Positions 1 through 9,666 of a stretch of DNA of 58,771 nt are shown piece after piece; the stretch's first letter is position 1; every line of letters starts with the position of its first letter. This stretch comes from a virus. Taxonomy: Duplodnaviria; Caudoviricetes. Location: IMG/VR virus record IMGVR_UViG_3300031578_000039, positions 1 to 58,771 of that record; one strand, 5' to 3'. Below the pieces are notes generated by a model. It was not told where the DNA came from. It made no database searches and was given only the letters and a program-made list of their open reading frames with translations. A program made the translations under genes and the position numbers.

Positions 1-468
1 TCGGGGCTTTTTGTAGTTACTCACAACTACTCTGTACAGGCAGTACATAATATAGTAATAGAATCAGAGTTTAGTTTACTTGAATTAACAATCCAAGAAC
101 AGTCTTTAACTCATGTCGATGTTTCTCAGAATCCAAACCTAGTTACACTGACCCTTATAGGTAACTCGTTAACTTCTTTGAATATATCTAATAATACTCT
201 ACTTGAAGGGCTTCTCGTAGGACATAATCAGTTAACTTCTATTATACCTCCTGCGTCTATAAATAATATGACATTCTTGAATGTTATTAACAATAAATTA
301 CCTGTTTCAGCTATCAATCAGTTATTGATACTGGCAGATAACAGCACAGCAGCTCTTCCTAATCTTTTTTCTTCTAATTCTCAAACACCATCCGCCCCCC
401 CATCAGGAGCAGGAATAACGGCAAAAAACAGTTTGATAGCCAAAGGATGGAGTGTTAGTACAGACTAA
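1..468 (+). CDS. C-terminal part of a PKD-like/LRR protein (putative tail fibre tip or adhesin); continues the ORF starting at 58417
   Basis: Frame 1 is open from nt 1 (SGLFVVTHNYS...) with LRR-like LTSLNISNN repeats; joins WGDGTENNYP at the window end if TCGG is overlapped. Confidence 0.7.
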   Translation, partial: SGLFVVTHNYSVQAVHNIVIESEFSLLELTIQEQSLTHVDVSQNPNLVTLTLIGNSLTSLNISNNTLLEGLLVGHNQLTSIIPPASINNMTFLNVINNKLPVSAINQLLILADNSTAALPNLFSSNSQTPSAPPSGAGITAKNSLIAKGWSVSTD

Positions 469-504
469 TCTTATGTGATTGTTATATTATTAAAGAAAAA
501 ATAC

Positions 505-534
505 AAGGCTCATATCATTGATATTGAGCCTTTT
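505..534 (+). terminator. Rho-independent terminator
   Basis: AAGGCTCA..TGAGCCTTTT hairpin after the tail module. Confidence 0.65.
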
Positions 535-566
535 CTTATGTGATGGTTATTTGATGCTTCTCGAAA

Positions 567-593
567 ACAGGTTGGTGACAGGTTGGTGACAGG
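567..593. repeat. 11-bp tandem repeat ACAGGTTGGTG x2.5
   Basis: Seen directly in the intergenic region. Confidence 0.85.
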
Positions 594-695
594 CAATTAA
601 AAGAATAATTCAAAACATGACAAAAGTCATTGTTTGTTTTTTTTAAAGCAGTGATATTTGTACAGAAACTAATTTAACACTAAAATTGATAAAAG

Positions 696-1049
696 ATGAA
701 ACACATTAAATGCCCATATTGTGGGTTGGAAGATAACGAAAGCTATGAGTTTGACCAAGAAGACGGAACTGTTGAGTGTGTGGATTGCGAAAAAGAGTTT
801 AATGTATCTCGAACAATTGAGATTACTTACTCTACTTCCAAAATTGCTTGCGAAGATGATGAGCATGATTACAAAATAGATTGTTATTTTATTAGTAAAC
901 GAGAACGAGACTACACAGCAAAAGGTGGTTGGGTTAATTTACGGGAACACGATTGGACTTATTACAGAATTGAAATATGTTGCCATTGCGATGCTAAAGA
1001 TATTATCGAGATAACAAAAGATGAATGTGATTTTGCATTGGTGGTTTAA
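696..1049 (+). CDS. Zn-ribbon hypothetical protein
   Basis: CPYC, CVDC, CCHC motifs. Confidence 0.75.
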   Translation: MKHIKCPYCGLEDNESYEFDQEDGTVECVDCEKEFNVSRTIEITYSTSKIACEDDEHDYKIDCYFISKRERDYTAKGGWVNLREHDWTYYRIEICCHCDAKDIIEITKDECDFALVV

Positions 1050-1167
1050 AATATTGTAACTACGTTTGGTTATGAAGCGTAGCCATTTAGAACGCTTCAA
1101 TTTATTTACTGCCTTATTTGGCTATGTTTTATTAGCCTTTATTATATGGCGTTTTAATACTTAAATT

Positions 1168-1587
1168 ATGAGTTTAGATAAAATTAAAGAAAACCACGAA
1201 AGATTTACAAAAGAAAATGAAGCTATTGAAAAATTGAAAATTGCTTCTAAAAATACAGTTATACAATTTAAAGCTGCAACAAAAGCAATGAATGAACTTA
1301 AATACATTGCTGATTCATTAGGATATAAAGTTGATGAAGATAATGGAGAGCTACGATGTAGCAATAATATGCCAAAATCACCAGAGTGGCGCTGATGTAG
1401 TAATAAATTGCAGCCAATTAAGACAATAGGAATACATGGCAATAAATTCTATAATGATGGTAAATACTTTGGTGAAATAATAGAGAAAACAGACAACTAC
1501 TTTAGGGTTAGATGTAACAACGGCGATAAACATATGAAAGGGAAAATTATTACGGTAAATTTTAACCTAGATGCCGTGCATTGGTAG
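1168..1587 (+). pseudogene. Cassette ORF interrupted by one in-frame TGA (1393-1395)
   Basis: Frame stays open for 63 more codons after the TGA, to TAG 1587 beside the cassette end. Confidence 0.5.
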
Positions 1588-1649
1588 TTTTGCCCTACTA
1601 ACAGCACCGAAACTAATTACAATCACAAATTTATAAATACAGATTAAAG

Positions 1650-1886
1650 ATGAAAAAAATACTTAATGTTATGAAATACGAATTTGGAAACAGACTGATA
1701 GGAAAGGCTTCTGCTCAAATGATACAGCTAAAAACGAATATTGAAAAAGGGTTAAAATGTTCAGTAGCTACAATGAATCCAGAAAAGACAAAAAGAGACT
1801 TTGAATATATAACAGGGGCAAAACTTAATTTAGAATTGAGCGATGGAGGCAAGGATGTTTACAATGCTTCTTTAAATCCCATATAG
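1650..1886 (+). CDS. Hypothetical protein inside a hairpin loop
   Basis: ORF track; flanked by imperfect inverted arms 1608-1624 / 1891-1909. Confidence 0.7.
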   Translation: MKKILNVMKYEFGNRLIGKASAQMIQLKTNIEKGLKCSVATMNPEKTKRDFEYITGAKLNLELSDGGKDVYNASLNPI

Positions 1887-1928
1887 AATTGATTGTATGT
1901 TTAGTTGCGAAATATAAAAAACAAAATT

Positions 1929-2237
1929 ATGATTAAAAGAGAAGATTACTTAAATGCGCTAGAGTTGATAGACCAATATCACCAGCAATTAAATTTACAA
2001 AATGTTAGGTGTATTTCTACTGTTAAAACACCCATTAATGAATGGGAATTTATTAACAAATGTAGCACAAGGCTTAGGAATATACTTTACCACAAGCCTA
2101 TTTATATGGGATGGGATAATCAAAAAAATCCAAATGGATTTGAATATATTGAAGATATATCGAGAAGTTTGTTTTTTTGGCAAAGAAACGCAGGAGAAGC
2201 AACATGGAATGAATTTATCAAGTTACGAGGGTTTTGA
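1929..2237 (+). CDS. Hypothetical protein, possibly RNAP alpha-CTD-like C-terminus
   Basis: STRLRNIL...RNAGEATWNE resembles the alpha-CTD HhH pattern; ATG 1929 preferred. Confidence 0.55.
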   Translation: MIKREDYLNALELIDQYHQQLNLQNVRCISTVKTPINEWEFINKCSTRLRNILYHKPIYMGWDNQKNPNGFEYIEDISRSLFFWQRNAGEATWNEFIKLRGF

Positions 2238-2245
2238 ATTATACC

Positions 2246-2269
2246 TAACGTTGATATAAAAACACCTTT
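2246..2269 (+). repeat. Array-terminal conserved site (attI-like candidate), copy 1
   Basis: TAACGTTGATATAAAAACACCTTT. Confidence 0.7.
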
Positions 2270-2306
2270 CAATTAAAATTAAATTTTAAACATTAAAACT
2301 AAAATC

Positions 2307-2744
2307 ATGAAAACTTATTTAATAGCAAGAGCTAAGATAGAAGATCGTAGTAATAAAAGAGGAATTGATTCTATAATCAATCTAGCCTATATGGGTGCTT
2401 CTGAATATGAATGGGGTGCAATGCCTACTTCGTTATCTAATATTAGAAAAAATCTAAATGAATACATTTATTTAGATGTAAAAATTAAAGACCAGATAGT
2501 AACTGTTTTTTGTAAAGATTCTCAAAAACTAGATGTGAAAAAATACTTACAAGAAATTGCAAGTGGTAAAATGAATACAAAGAATGGAAATAACTTTGAT
2601 TGGTACATTAAAAACAATGAAGAAAGAACTTTATGCGTTAGAAATAGAGTTGACTTCTGGTGGGATATTGAGAATGATTTAATGTTTTGGATTAAATCCA
2701 CTGACTTTGAGGTTAAATTTAAAGAAAAAATATACAACTTTTAA
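2307..2744 (+). CDS. Hypothetical phage protein
   Basis: 145-aa ORF with YMGASEYEWG motif. Confidence 0.75.
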   Translation: MKTYLIARAKIEDRSNKRGIDSIINLAYMGASEYEWGAMPTSLSNIRKNLNEYIYLDVKIKDQIVTVFCKDSQKLDVKKYLQEIASGKMNTKNGNNFDWYIKNNEERTLCVRNRVDFWWDIENDLMFWIKSTDFEVKFKEKIYNF

Positions 2745-2789
2745 AAAAAATATACAACTTTCAATTAAACAATAAACAAAAACACTATA

Positions 2790-3320
2790 ATGGATACTAT
2801 CATAAATGTAACAAATAAAAAAAAGTTTGAAAAACTAATACACAGTGTTGATTGTAGCAAAATGCACGGATACACAGGGAAAGCAGTGATCAAATTTAAA
2901 GCAAATAAATCAATACCTTTTAATGTTAGTTATGACAGAAAGGAATTTGAAAATAAATATGGGTTTATATTAGAAATAAATGGCAATGTTTTTGATATGT
3001 TAAAACATATAGATGTATGCTATTCCATTGGTGTTTCAAGAACTGTATTCAAGAGCATTGGTTCTGGATTAAACGCACTTGATTATTTTATAATCACATC
3101 AAAAGAGTACGAGGATAGTCTTTTAAATTTCGGATTAACATTTAAAGATTCAGAGGATAATAGATACAAAACCATTGAAAGAACTCTTACTGACGATGAG
3201 ATTAATATTTTCAAAAGCCTGCAAGATAATTTTGTGAAAATAATCCATGACAAAAATGGCAGGATTTATGAATTAAAAAATAAAAGTTTCAAGCGTTTTT
3301 ATCAATGTGGTACGGTTTGA
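2790..3320 (+). CDS. Hypothetical protein
   Basis: 176-aa ORF, A-rich leader. Confidence 0.7.
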   Translation: MDTIINVTNKKKFEKLIHSVDCSKMHGYTGKAVIKFKANKSIPFNVSYDRKEFENKYGFILEINGNVFDMLKHIDVCYSIGVSRTVFKSIGSGLNALDYFIITSKEYEDSLLNFGLTFKDSEDNRYKTIERTLTDDEINIFKSLQDNFVKIIHDKNGRIYELKNKSFKRFYQCGTV

Positions 3321-3347
3321 TTTTACAAATTTAAAACACATAACAAA

Positions 3348-3590
3348 ATGGAACAAGATTTAAGAGATATATTAGAAAAATTTGCCAGTAAAATTTATAT
3401 AAACGCACAAGGCAAGAGTTGCTTAAAAGCCACTGATAGGAACAAATTTGCGCATAAGATAGTGAAATTATGCGATTCATACATTGCTAAAGAACGTGCT
3501 GTAAATAAATGGTTAAAGGCAATTAAATACATTGGATATTTTACAGCAGGTGCTTATGTCGGAGCAATTATATTTGGCGTGTTTTTATAA
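3348..3590 (+). CDS. Hypothetical protein with C-terminal TM helix
   Basis: Hydrophobic C-terminus. Confidence 0.65.
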   Translation: MEQDLRDILEKFASKIYINAQGKSCLKATDRNKFAHKIVKLCDSYIAKERAVNKWLKAIKYIGYFTAGAYVGAIIFGVFL

Positions 3591-3605
3591 AATAAAAAAA
3601 CAGGG

Positions 3606-4226
3606 ATGAAAAAAAAGATAATATTACATTTATGTGCCGACATTGGGAGCGATAGTAGATTCTACCAATTAGATGACAATTATGAAGTTATTTTAATTGG
3701 TGAAAAGATAGGAGTTGAAAACTATGAGCCGCCTGAAAATGTACATGGAATAATTGCAAATCCTGTATGTACTGAATTTTCAACCGCTAATGGATTCCAT
3801 AAGCAAAACGACTATAAAAAAGGAATGGAAATGGTTAACCATTGCATAAGGATAATAGAAAAAGCAAATCCGAAATGGTGGGCGATAGAAAATCCTGCAA
3901 ATGGTAGATTAAGAGACTTTTTAGGAAAACCTATAATAACATACCAGCCTTGGAGATACGGAAGCCCTTGGACTAAAAAAACAGCATTATGGGGAAGTTT
4001 TAATATACCAATTCAGTTGTATGATAATTGGGAAGATGTACCAAAGATTGATGAACTTTATATAAGACCCGGCAGAACAAAACCAGCATTAGCATTTTTA
4101 CATAAAAGTGCTATTGATTTAATACCTGAAATGCAATGGGCGAAAGAACATATTAAACGTGATTCTGATATTAGGAGTATGTGTTCATCAGGATTCGCCA
4201 AAGCATTTTACGATATTAATCCTTAA
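3606..4226 (+). CDS. Compact DNA cytosine-C5 methyltransferase-like protein
   Basis: ILHLCADIGS (motif I-like), ANPVCTEFS (PC-like motif IV), IENP (motif VI). Confidence 0.75.
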   Translation: MKKKIILHLCADIGSDSRFYQLDDNYEVILIGEKIGVENYEPPENVHGIIANPVCTEFSTANGFHKQNDYKKGMEMVNHCIRIIEKANPKWWAIENPANGRLRDFLGKPIITYQPWRYGSPWTKKTALWGSFNIPIQLYDNWEDVPKIDELYIRPGRTKPALAFLHKSAIDLIPEMQWAKEHIKRDSDIRSMCSSGFAKAFYDINP

Positions 4227-4355
4227 TTGTTTTGAAAAAACCAAAAAGCTTGGCAAAATTATAAAAAAATGAAAATATATTGAAAATAATTGCTTTTTTA
4301 TTTGGTTGATGCAAATATATAACGTATATTTACATTGTAATTAAAACCAAACGAT

Positions 4356-4574
4356 ATGAAAACTCAATTAACAGAAACAACAAGAACACTTCAGGGATGC
4401 GTAATTGAAACATCTATTGATAGAGAAAAAAAAGAAACACGTTATTTACTTACTTCTATTTGTGGAAAATATTATAATGTTTTTGATAATGAAGCAAAAG
4501 AGAATATTGAAATAGTAGGTAAAAGAGCATTTGACAAATGGGCAAAAAACAATGACTACAAAACAGACTTTTAA
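4356..4574 (+). CDS. Hypothetical protein
   Basis: ORF downstream of promoter-like TTTG..TATATTTA (4301-4332). Confidence 0.65.
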   Translation: MKTQLTETTRTLQGCVIETSIDREKKETRYLLTSICGKYYNVFDNEAKENIEIVGKRAFDKWAKNNDYKTDF

Positions 4575-4839
4575 CGAAGAAATAATCAAACGCCACGCAC
4601 CTGATTGGGTGCGGTGGCATGACCATTGTAAACAACAAGTATTAAACGCTATGGCAGAGAAAGACACTATAATTGTATATAATTCGGAAATTCCTATTTT
4701 ATACGGGAATCTAAAAACTTTGTGTGAAGATTTAGATGTAAGTTACAGCACTTATAGTAAAAAACAATTTCCGTTTAATATTGGAAATATAGAAGTTTTA
4801 AAAATTGAAGTAAAAAGAGGGCATAGAAAAGCGAGTTAA
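4552..4839 (+). CDS. Hypothetical protein, possible HTH
   Basis: NLKTLCEDLDVSYSTY resembles an HTH. Confidence 0.55.
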   Translation: MTTKQTFNEEIIKRHAPDWVRWHDHCKQQVLNAMAEKDTIIVYNSEIPILYGNLKTLCEDLDVSYSTYSKKQFPFNIGNIEVLKIEVKRGHRKAS

Positions 4840-5020
4840 ACGAATTTCTAAAAAGTTGATTAAATGAACGAAAGTAGCCGATTGAACATGTAAGTTTTAC
4901 TTACAACTTGAAATATTTATTAACCGAATAATATTCCAAATACAAGCACTGAAACGCTGAGTGTAAGTTGGCGTTGCGTATAGAAAGCACTAATATTCAA
5001 TAACTTAAATACTTTATAAA

Positions 5021-5308
5021 ATGAAAGAAAATACGAATACCCACAAACCTAGCAATGCAATTTACACATTGTTAGCTGCTTTTAAAAATAGGCAATTGAA
5101 ACGCTGGTTCTATGAATTTGAACATGGACACGAATTTCTATTGAAAGAAGAAGCCGATATAATTTGCGAAACTAGATTTGACGACAAATATAAGTGGATG
5201 AACGACACTATAATACAAGCACTAATAAAGACGAAAGTAAAAGCAATGTATAAAAAGAGATACCCAGATGCGAAACGATGGACGCTGCCTATTTTTTATT
5301 GCAGCTAA
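5021..5308 (+). CDS. Hypothetical cassette protein
   Basis: Starts in the hairpin loop; stop is the TAA of TAAC. Confidence 0.7.
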   Translation: MKENTNTHKPSNAIYTLLAAFKNRQLKRWFYEFEHGHEFLLKEEADIICETRFDDKYKWMNDTIIQALIKTKVKAMYKKRYPDAKRWTLPIFYCS

Positions 5309-5453
5309 CGGTGGTAATATGTTGGCGTGGCTTTTCGCCATGCAATATATTACGTGTTAGCTGACTGGCACGGATCATAAGCACAAATGTTGATTAAATG
5401 CACAACAGTAATATTTTTAAAAGCGAAGCGAGGGAATTTTTTAAATTTGAATT

Positions 5454-6635
5454 ATGAAAACTATAAAAAGAAACAACGGAAACGACATTAAGATTTATGC
5501 AACTACATTAGAAGATGTTGCATTTGAGCAAATTAAAGAACTTGGAGAGTTTGAACCTTACCAAGATTCTAAAATCAGAATTATGCCTGATTGCCATGCA
5601 GGAGCAGGATGCACAATTGGAACTACAATGGAGATTAAAGACAAAATTACACCTAATTTAGTTGGTGTTGATATTGGTTGTGGAATGCTTACAGTAATGT
5701 TAGCCGACAACGAAATAGATTTGCAAAAACTTGATGCTGTAATTAACGAATTTATTCCAAATGGGTTTAATATACATTCCGAGCAAAAAGCAGAATTTGA
5801 GTTTGGTAAACTGATTGCTAAAAACTTAAATATTGACCGAGCTAAATTATCAATTGGGTCGTTAGGTGGTGGAAATCATTTTATCGAAGTTGGTAAAAAT
5901 GGTAATGGAAATTTGTATTTAGTAATACATTCAGGTTCTCGAAATATTGGTGGACAGGTTGCGAAATATTACCAAAACATTGCCATTGATAATTTAACTG
6001 ACAATTCAAATGAACGTGAATTACTTATTGAAAACCTGAAAAAAGAAGGCAGGCAAAATGAAATAGGGAAAGAGTTGAAAAAACTTAAAAAACCAATTAT
6101 AAATAAAGATTTAGCCTACTTAACTGGAACTGATTTTGATAATTATATGCACGACATGAAGTTAATGCAGGAATACGCTGTATTAAACCGTAAAACAATG
6201 GCAACGATTATTTTAAAAGAAGCTGGATTAAGCGCAATGCACTCATTTGAAACAATACACAACTATATCGACTTTAATAGAATGATTTTGCGTAAAGGTG
6301 CTGTTTCTGCTGAAATTGGAGAAACTTTATTGATTCCAATTAATATGCGTGACGGTTCAATTATTGCCAAAGGAAAAGGTAATGCCGATTGGAATTACTC
6401 AGCACCGCATGGCGCAGGTAGATTGATGGGGAGAAAGGAAGCACATAGAAAACTTGATTTTGACGAATTTAAAGAGCAAATGAAAGATGTTTATTCCACT
6501 TCTGTTTTAACTGAAACATTGGATGAAGCTCCAAACGCATACAAACCGATGAATGAAATTTTAGAAGCTATTTCAGAAACGGCAGATGTTTTAGAAATAA
6601 TCAAGCCTATATATAACTTTAAAGCTCATTCCTAA
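5454..6635 (+). CDS. rtcB: RtcB family RNA ligase
   Basis: MPDCHAG, VGVDIGCGM, GSLGGGNHFIE, HSGSR, HNY, SAPHGAGR, DEAPNAYK motifs. Confidence 0.97.
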   Translation: MKTIKRNNGNDIKIYATTLEDVAFEQIKELGEFEPYQDSKIRIMPDCHAGAGCTIGTTMEIKDKITPNLVGVDIGCGMLTVMLADNEIDLQKLDAVINEFIPNGFNIHSEQKAEFEFGKLIAKNLNIDRAKLSIGSLGGGNHFIEVGKNGNGNLYLVIHSGSRNIGGQVAKYYQNIAIDNLTDNSNERELLIENLKKEGRQNEIGKELKKLKKPIINKDLAYLTGTDFDNYMHDMKLMQEYAVLNRKTMATIILKEAGLSAMHSFETIHNYIDFNRMILRKGAVSAEIGETLLIPINMRDGSIIAKGKGNADWNYSAPHGAGRLMGRKEAHRKLDFDEFKEQMKDVYSTSVLTETLDEAPNAYKPMNEILEAISETADVLEIIKPIYNFKAHS

Positions 6636-6728
6636 TGGTTTTGAAAAAACCAACGTGCGGTGGGGCTTTTAAAAATATGGTCGAATAGCACTACACTTGA
6701 TTAAATGAATGGGTGTAGTGCTTGCAGC

Positions 6729-6752
6729 TAACGATTGTGTAAACGCACCTTT
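6729..6752 (+). repeat. Array-terminal conserved site, copy 2
   Basis: TAACGATTGTGTAAACGCACCTTT. Confidence 0.85.
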
Positions 6753-6785
6753 TAAAATAATCATTAAGACTAAAAAAACAAAGAA

Positions 6786-7055
6786 ATGGATAATATTAAG
6801 AAAATGATTTTAGAAGAAGAAGCAAAAGGAAACATTGTCGTTGCTGACGGTACAGGATTATATGCTACTTCACTAAAAGATATTATAAAAGAACCAATAG
6901 AGGGCATTCTTTACAATCTAAACAGAGGTAAAGCAACTGTACTAACATTCTTGCCTGATCCAAAATGGATTAACGACTACGCAGTGTGTAAGGTTATAAC
7001 CGCACTAAAAGAAAGAATAACCGAACTTGAAAAGCAGATTTTGTTGAATAAATAG
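6786..7055 (+). CDS. Hypothetical protein
   Basis: 89-aa ORF. Confidence 0.7.
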   Translation: MDNIKKMILEEEAKGNIVVADGTGLYATSLKDIIKEPIEGILYNLNRGKATVLTFLPDPKWINDYAVCKVITALKERITELEKQILLNK

Positions 7056-7235
7056 AATTAAGTTATAATATTTTTTTATAGTTCGTTTTATTTTTGTTAA
7101 TTTTGAATTATTATTAATCACTTAAATTCAATTATTATGCCAGTAAAACCGCCATCGCCGCCTCCAACGTCACCAGAGCCAGAAACTACTGAAACAGAAG
7201 ATGAATAGTTTTGAATAACTTAACAATAGGAATAC

Positions 7236-7619
7236 ATGGAAAATTTAATAAAATACAGGACTTCTTTGTTTATATATGGCTGTTTGTCATTGCTTATTAT
7301 ATACTTTAATGTAGGCATATACAAAAGTATTTTCTGGGATATTTTCTTTTATATTCCTATTGTTACTATTATTTCTTTCCTTTCTTATTTGGCATTAAAA
7401 AACGAGAAATATATTGTAAATAAAATTTCTATTATTATACTTTCATCTTTTTTCTCAGGCTTCTTTGTTTATTTTGCTTATTCAGGATTAATATCACAGA
7501 ATTATACTGAGTATGAAGTCTGTATTGGTAGCCATTATATTGGATTATTATTTTCTATTGTGCTATTTATTTTATTGTTTTCACTATTTCTTGTATTTGG
7601 AAAAGATGGCAGAGACTAA
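7236..7619 (+). CDS. Multi-pass membrane protein
   Basis: About 4 hydrophobic segments. Confidence 0.7.
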   Translation: MENLIKYRTSLFIYGCLSLLIIYFNVGIYKSIFWDIFFYIPIVTIISFLSYLALKNEKYIVNKISIIILSSFFSGFFVYFAYSGLISQNYTEYEVCIGSHYIGLLFSIVLFILLFSLFLVFGKDGRD

Positions 7620-7998
7620 TATTGGTTGCAATAAAGAAAAAATGTCTTGTAAAACAGAAAAGGAATCAGCATCTATGATTTTTAAAATATTACTTGGCGT
7701 TGTTTTATCTTGTATTTCTATTGGTGTGGGACGTTTATTCGTAGTGATTGACAAGAAGGCAGATAAAATAGAAGTTGAAGCCAATAAAACAGAAATAGGG
7801 AAAAAGGCAAGTGAAGAAGCGTTAAAAATAGTTGATGAACGCGTTAATGGTTTAGAAAAAAGGTTTGATGAAAACGTTTCAAATATTTTATATGAGCTAA
7901 GAGAGTTGCGAAAAGACCTGAAACTAAAAGAAGATAAACGAACTTCATATATTATAGATAGTCTTTATATTCCTTTCGCATTAGTTGCTGATAAGTAA
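7606..7998 (+). CDS. TM plus coiled-coil protein (possibly lysis related)
   Basis: One TM helix then a charged coiled coil. Confidence 0.6.
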   Translation: MAETNIGCNKEKMSCKTEKESASMIFKILLGVVLSCISIGVGRLFVVIDKKADKIEVEANKTEIGKKASEEALKIVDERVNGLEKRFDENVSNILYELRELRKDLKLKEDKRTSYIIDSLYIPFALVADK

Positions 7999-8299
7999 AT
8001 TGATATATCTTCCATCCATTCATTTGAGCTAAATTAAGCTTGTTTAAATCATTCTCATATTGAGTTTGAACCATTCCCTTAACTTTACCTGCTCTGGTGT
8101 GTCTGCCATAAGAAAACTGCCCCCCATTGATCTCAATAATTATTTTTTCCTTTAAGATACAGTAATCAGCTCTGTACTGCCTTTTAGTTTGCATTATCTT
8201 ATTAAAGATTACTTCTTCCTTAACATCATGCCCTAATCCTATCAAATAAGCCTTAAGCTCTTTTAATAGAGCTAAATGTATCACATTCTTTCCTGCCAT
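7952..8299 (-). CDS. DUF559/Vsr-like endonuclease
   Basis: YRADY..IIIEINGG..HTR..D.NK.NLAQ.NGW motif. Confidence 0.85.
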   Translation of the reverse strand: MAGKNVIHLALLKELKAYLIGLGHDVKEEVIFNKIMQTKRQYRADYCILKEKIIIEINGGQFSYGRHTRAGKVKGMVQTQYENDLNKLNLAQMNGWKIYQFTYQQLMRKEYKDYL

Positions 8300-8375
8300 A
8301 TAGCAAAGATACAAAACATGCTGTACAACACATGGTTAAAATTTGCATAGTAAGATTTAATTTATAGATTTGTTG
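8294..8375. promoter_or_regulatory. Repeated divergent promoter/operator block, copy 1
   Basis: TTTG-N19-TAGATTTG on +, TATCTTTG on -, CATGCTGTACAACACATG between; near-identical to 10096-10177. Confidence 0.8.
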
Positions 8376-8528
8376 ATGAAATTAATAGGTTTTGGTATTA
8401 AATGTAGCACAACTGATACACTAAGCTATCGAACGAGAACATACATACTTTAAAACGAGAATAAAAGATTGAATTATTGACATAACTGCCTATAAATTAT
8501 ATACTTTGTTATATGCTTTTATAGTGCG

Positions 8529-8711
8529 GTGGCAAAACTTAGAAAAATGTATAAAGTAAAAAGAGAAGAAGTAGAAGAGCAAATTGATTTGGCAACAGAG
8601 AGAATAAACAGTGATGAAAATTGCATGAATGGCATGACCTACGAACAAGGCGTTAAATATGCTCTTGAATGGATAATTGGAGATGCAGAAGAAAAGCCAC
8701 TTGATGAATAG
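8529..8711 (+). CDS. Small phage hypothetical protein (cassette)
   Basis: GMTYEQGVKYALEWI motif. Confidence 0.7.
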   Translation: MAKLRKMYKVKREEVEEQIDLATERINSDENCMNGMTYEQGVKYALEWIIGDAEEKPLDE

Positions 8712-8878
8712 CGTGTTGGCTAATTGCATATAACGATGACAATAAGAAATGTATGGGGATTTAAAAGCAGTAACCTATCCACATACACTGAATTAAATTA
8801 AAGGTACAACTGCACAATTTGGCACTAACACCCATATATTTTTTATTGTGTGTTACCGCCAGTTAATTAAAAAGTCAA

Positions 8879-9121
8879 ATGAGAGACTCAATGGAAATTA
8901 GAAACAGAATTGTTAAAATTTTAGATAACAAAGGTGTGATAGCCGATGTTGACCTAGAACAAATAGCGGAGGATATAGTGTTTGAATTTGTTGAATATAC
9001 AAATTTTATAAATTCAAATTATAAGCCATTCGCAGGTGATTGGATAAAGATAAAAGATGATACAATTGTTTTTCATCCGCTTGTAATAGTAGAAGATTAT
9101 GCAGAATCGAAGCTGTCTTAA
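8879..9121 (+). CDS. Hypothetical cassette protein
   Basis: Fills the cassette body. Confidence 0.7.
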   Translation: MRDSMEIRNRIVKILDNKGVIADVDLEQIAEDIVFEFVEYTNFINSNYKPFAGDWIKIKDDTIVFHPLVIVEDYAESKLS

Positions 9122-9128
9122 TTGGCGG

Positions 9129-9152
9129 TAACGATTGTATAAACACACCTTT
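9129..9152 (+). repeat. Array-terminal conserved site, copy 3
   Basis: TAACGATTGTATAAACACACCTTT. Confidence 0.85.
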
Positions 9153-9174
9153 AATTAATTTAAAATCTTAAACC

Positions 9175-9441
9175 ATGAAGAATAAAAACAGCTTACTAAA
9201 AACATTAATTAGAACAGTACTTTTTATGGAAAATGAGGCTTTCGATAATCAGAAAAAAAAAGAAGAAAGTAAAAAAGAATTGCATAAAACGCCATCACAG
9301 GCTATTAATGCGAAGTTGATCGACAGATTAGAGACTAGAGTTTTTGAACTAAAAGAAGAACTGGAAGAAGTTAAAAAACTTAATGAAAGATTAATAAATG
9401 CAACATGTTCTTTTTTAAAAGAACTTGATAAAATAAATTAA
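9175..9441 (+). CDS. Coiled-coil hypothetical protein
   Basis: ORF track. Confidence 0.65.
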   Translation: MKNKNSLLKTLIRTVLFMENEAFDNQKKKEESKKELHKTPSQAINAKLIDRLETRVFELKEELEEVKKLNERLINATCSFLKELDKIN

Positions 9442-9474
9442 TTATAAAATAAGTTAATTAAAATATTAAACAAA

Positions 9475-9666
9475 ATGGGATGTAAAGAAGCAAACAGGGC
9501 GAGAGCCAATGAGGAACAATTCGATAAACGTAAAAAAGATTTTAACGGTCTCGAATTAGCTCGAGAACTTGAACAGAAAAGAGAAACAGACAATGAGCTT
9601 GTTAAGGTGGTTGAGAAAATACATAGTGGCTATAAAATAAAGTATGTTTCAAAACAATCTTTATAG
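9475..9666 (+). CDS. Hypothetical protein
   Basis: ORF track. Confidence 0.55.
   Translation: MGCKEANRARANEEQFDKRKKDFNGLELARELEQKRETDNELVKVVEKIHSGYKIKYVSKQSL

Larger units (their letters stand above)
1057..2269 (+). mobile_element. Integron-like cassette array A (partly degenerate)
   Basis: Hairpin 1057-1144; cassette ends GTTAGGTGTATTTC (2004) / GAATTATACCTAAC (2249); terminal motif at 2246. Confidence 0.65.
4951..6752 (+). mobile_element. Integron-like cassette array B (2 cassettes incl. rtcB)
   Basis: GTTAGCTGC(5071)/GCAGCTAAC(5309); ~60-bp attC-like hairpin 5301-5362; GTTAGCTG(5356)/CAGCTAAC(6732). Confidence 0.85.
8508..9152 (+). mobile_element. Integron-like cassette array C (2 cassettes)
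   Basis: GTTATATGC(8508)/GCATATAAC(8734); hairpin 8731-8855; GTTACCGCCAGTTAA(8852)/TTAATTGGCGGTAAC(9132). Confidence 0.85.
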
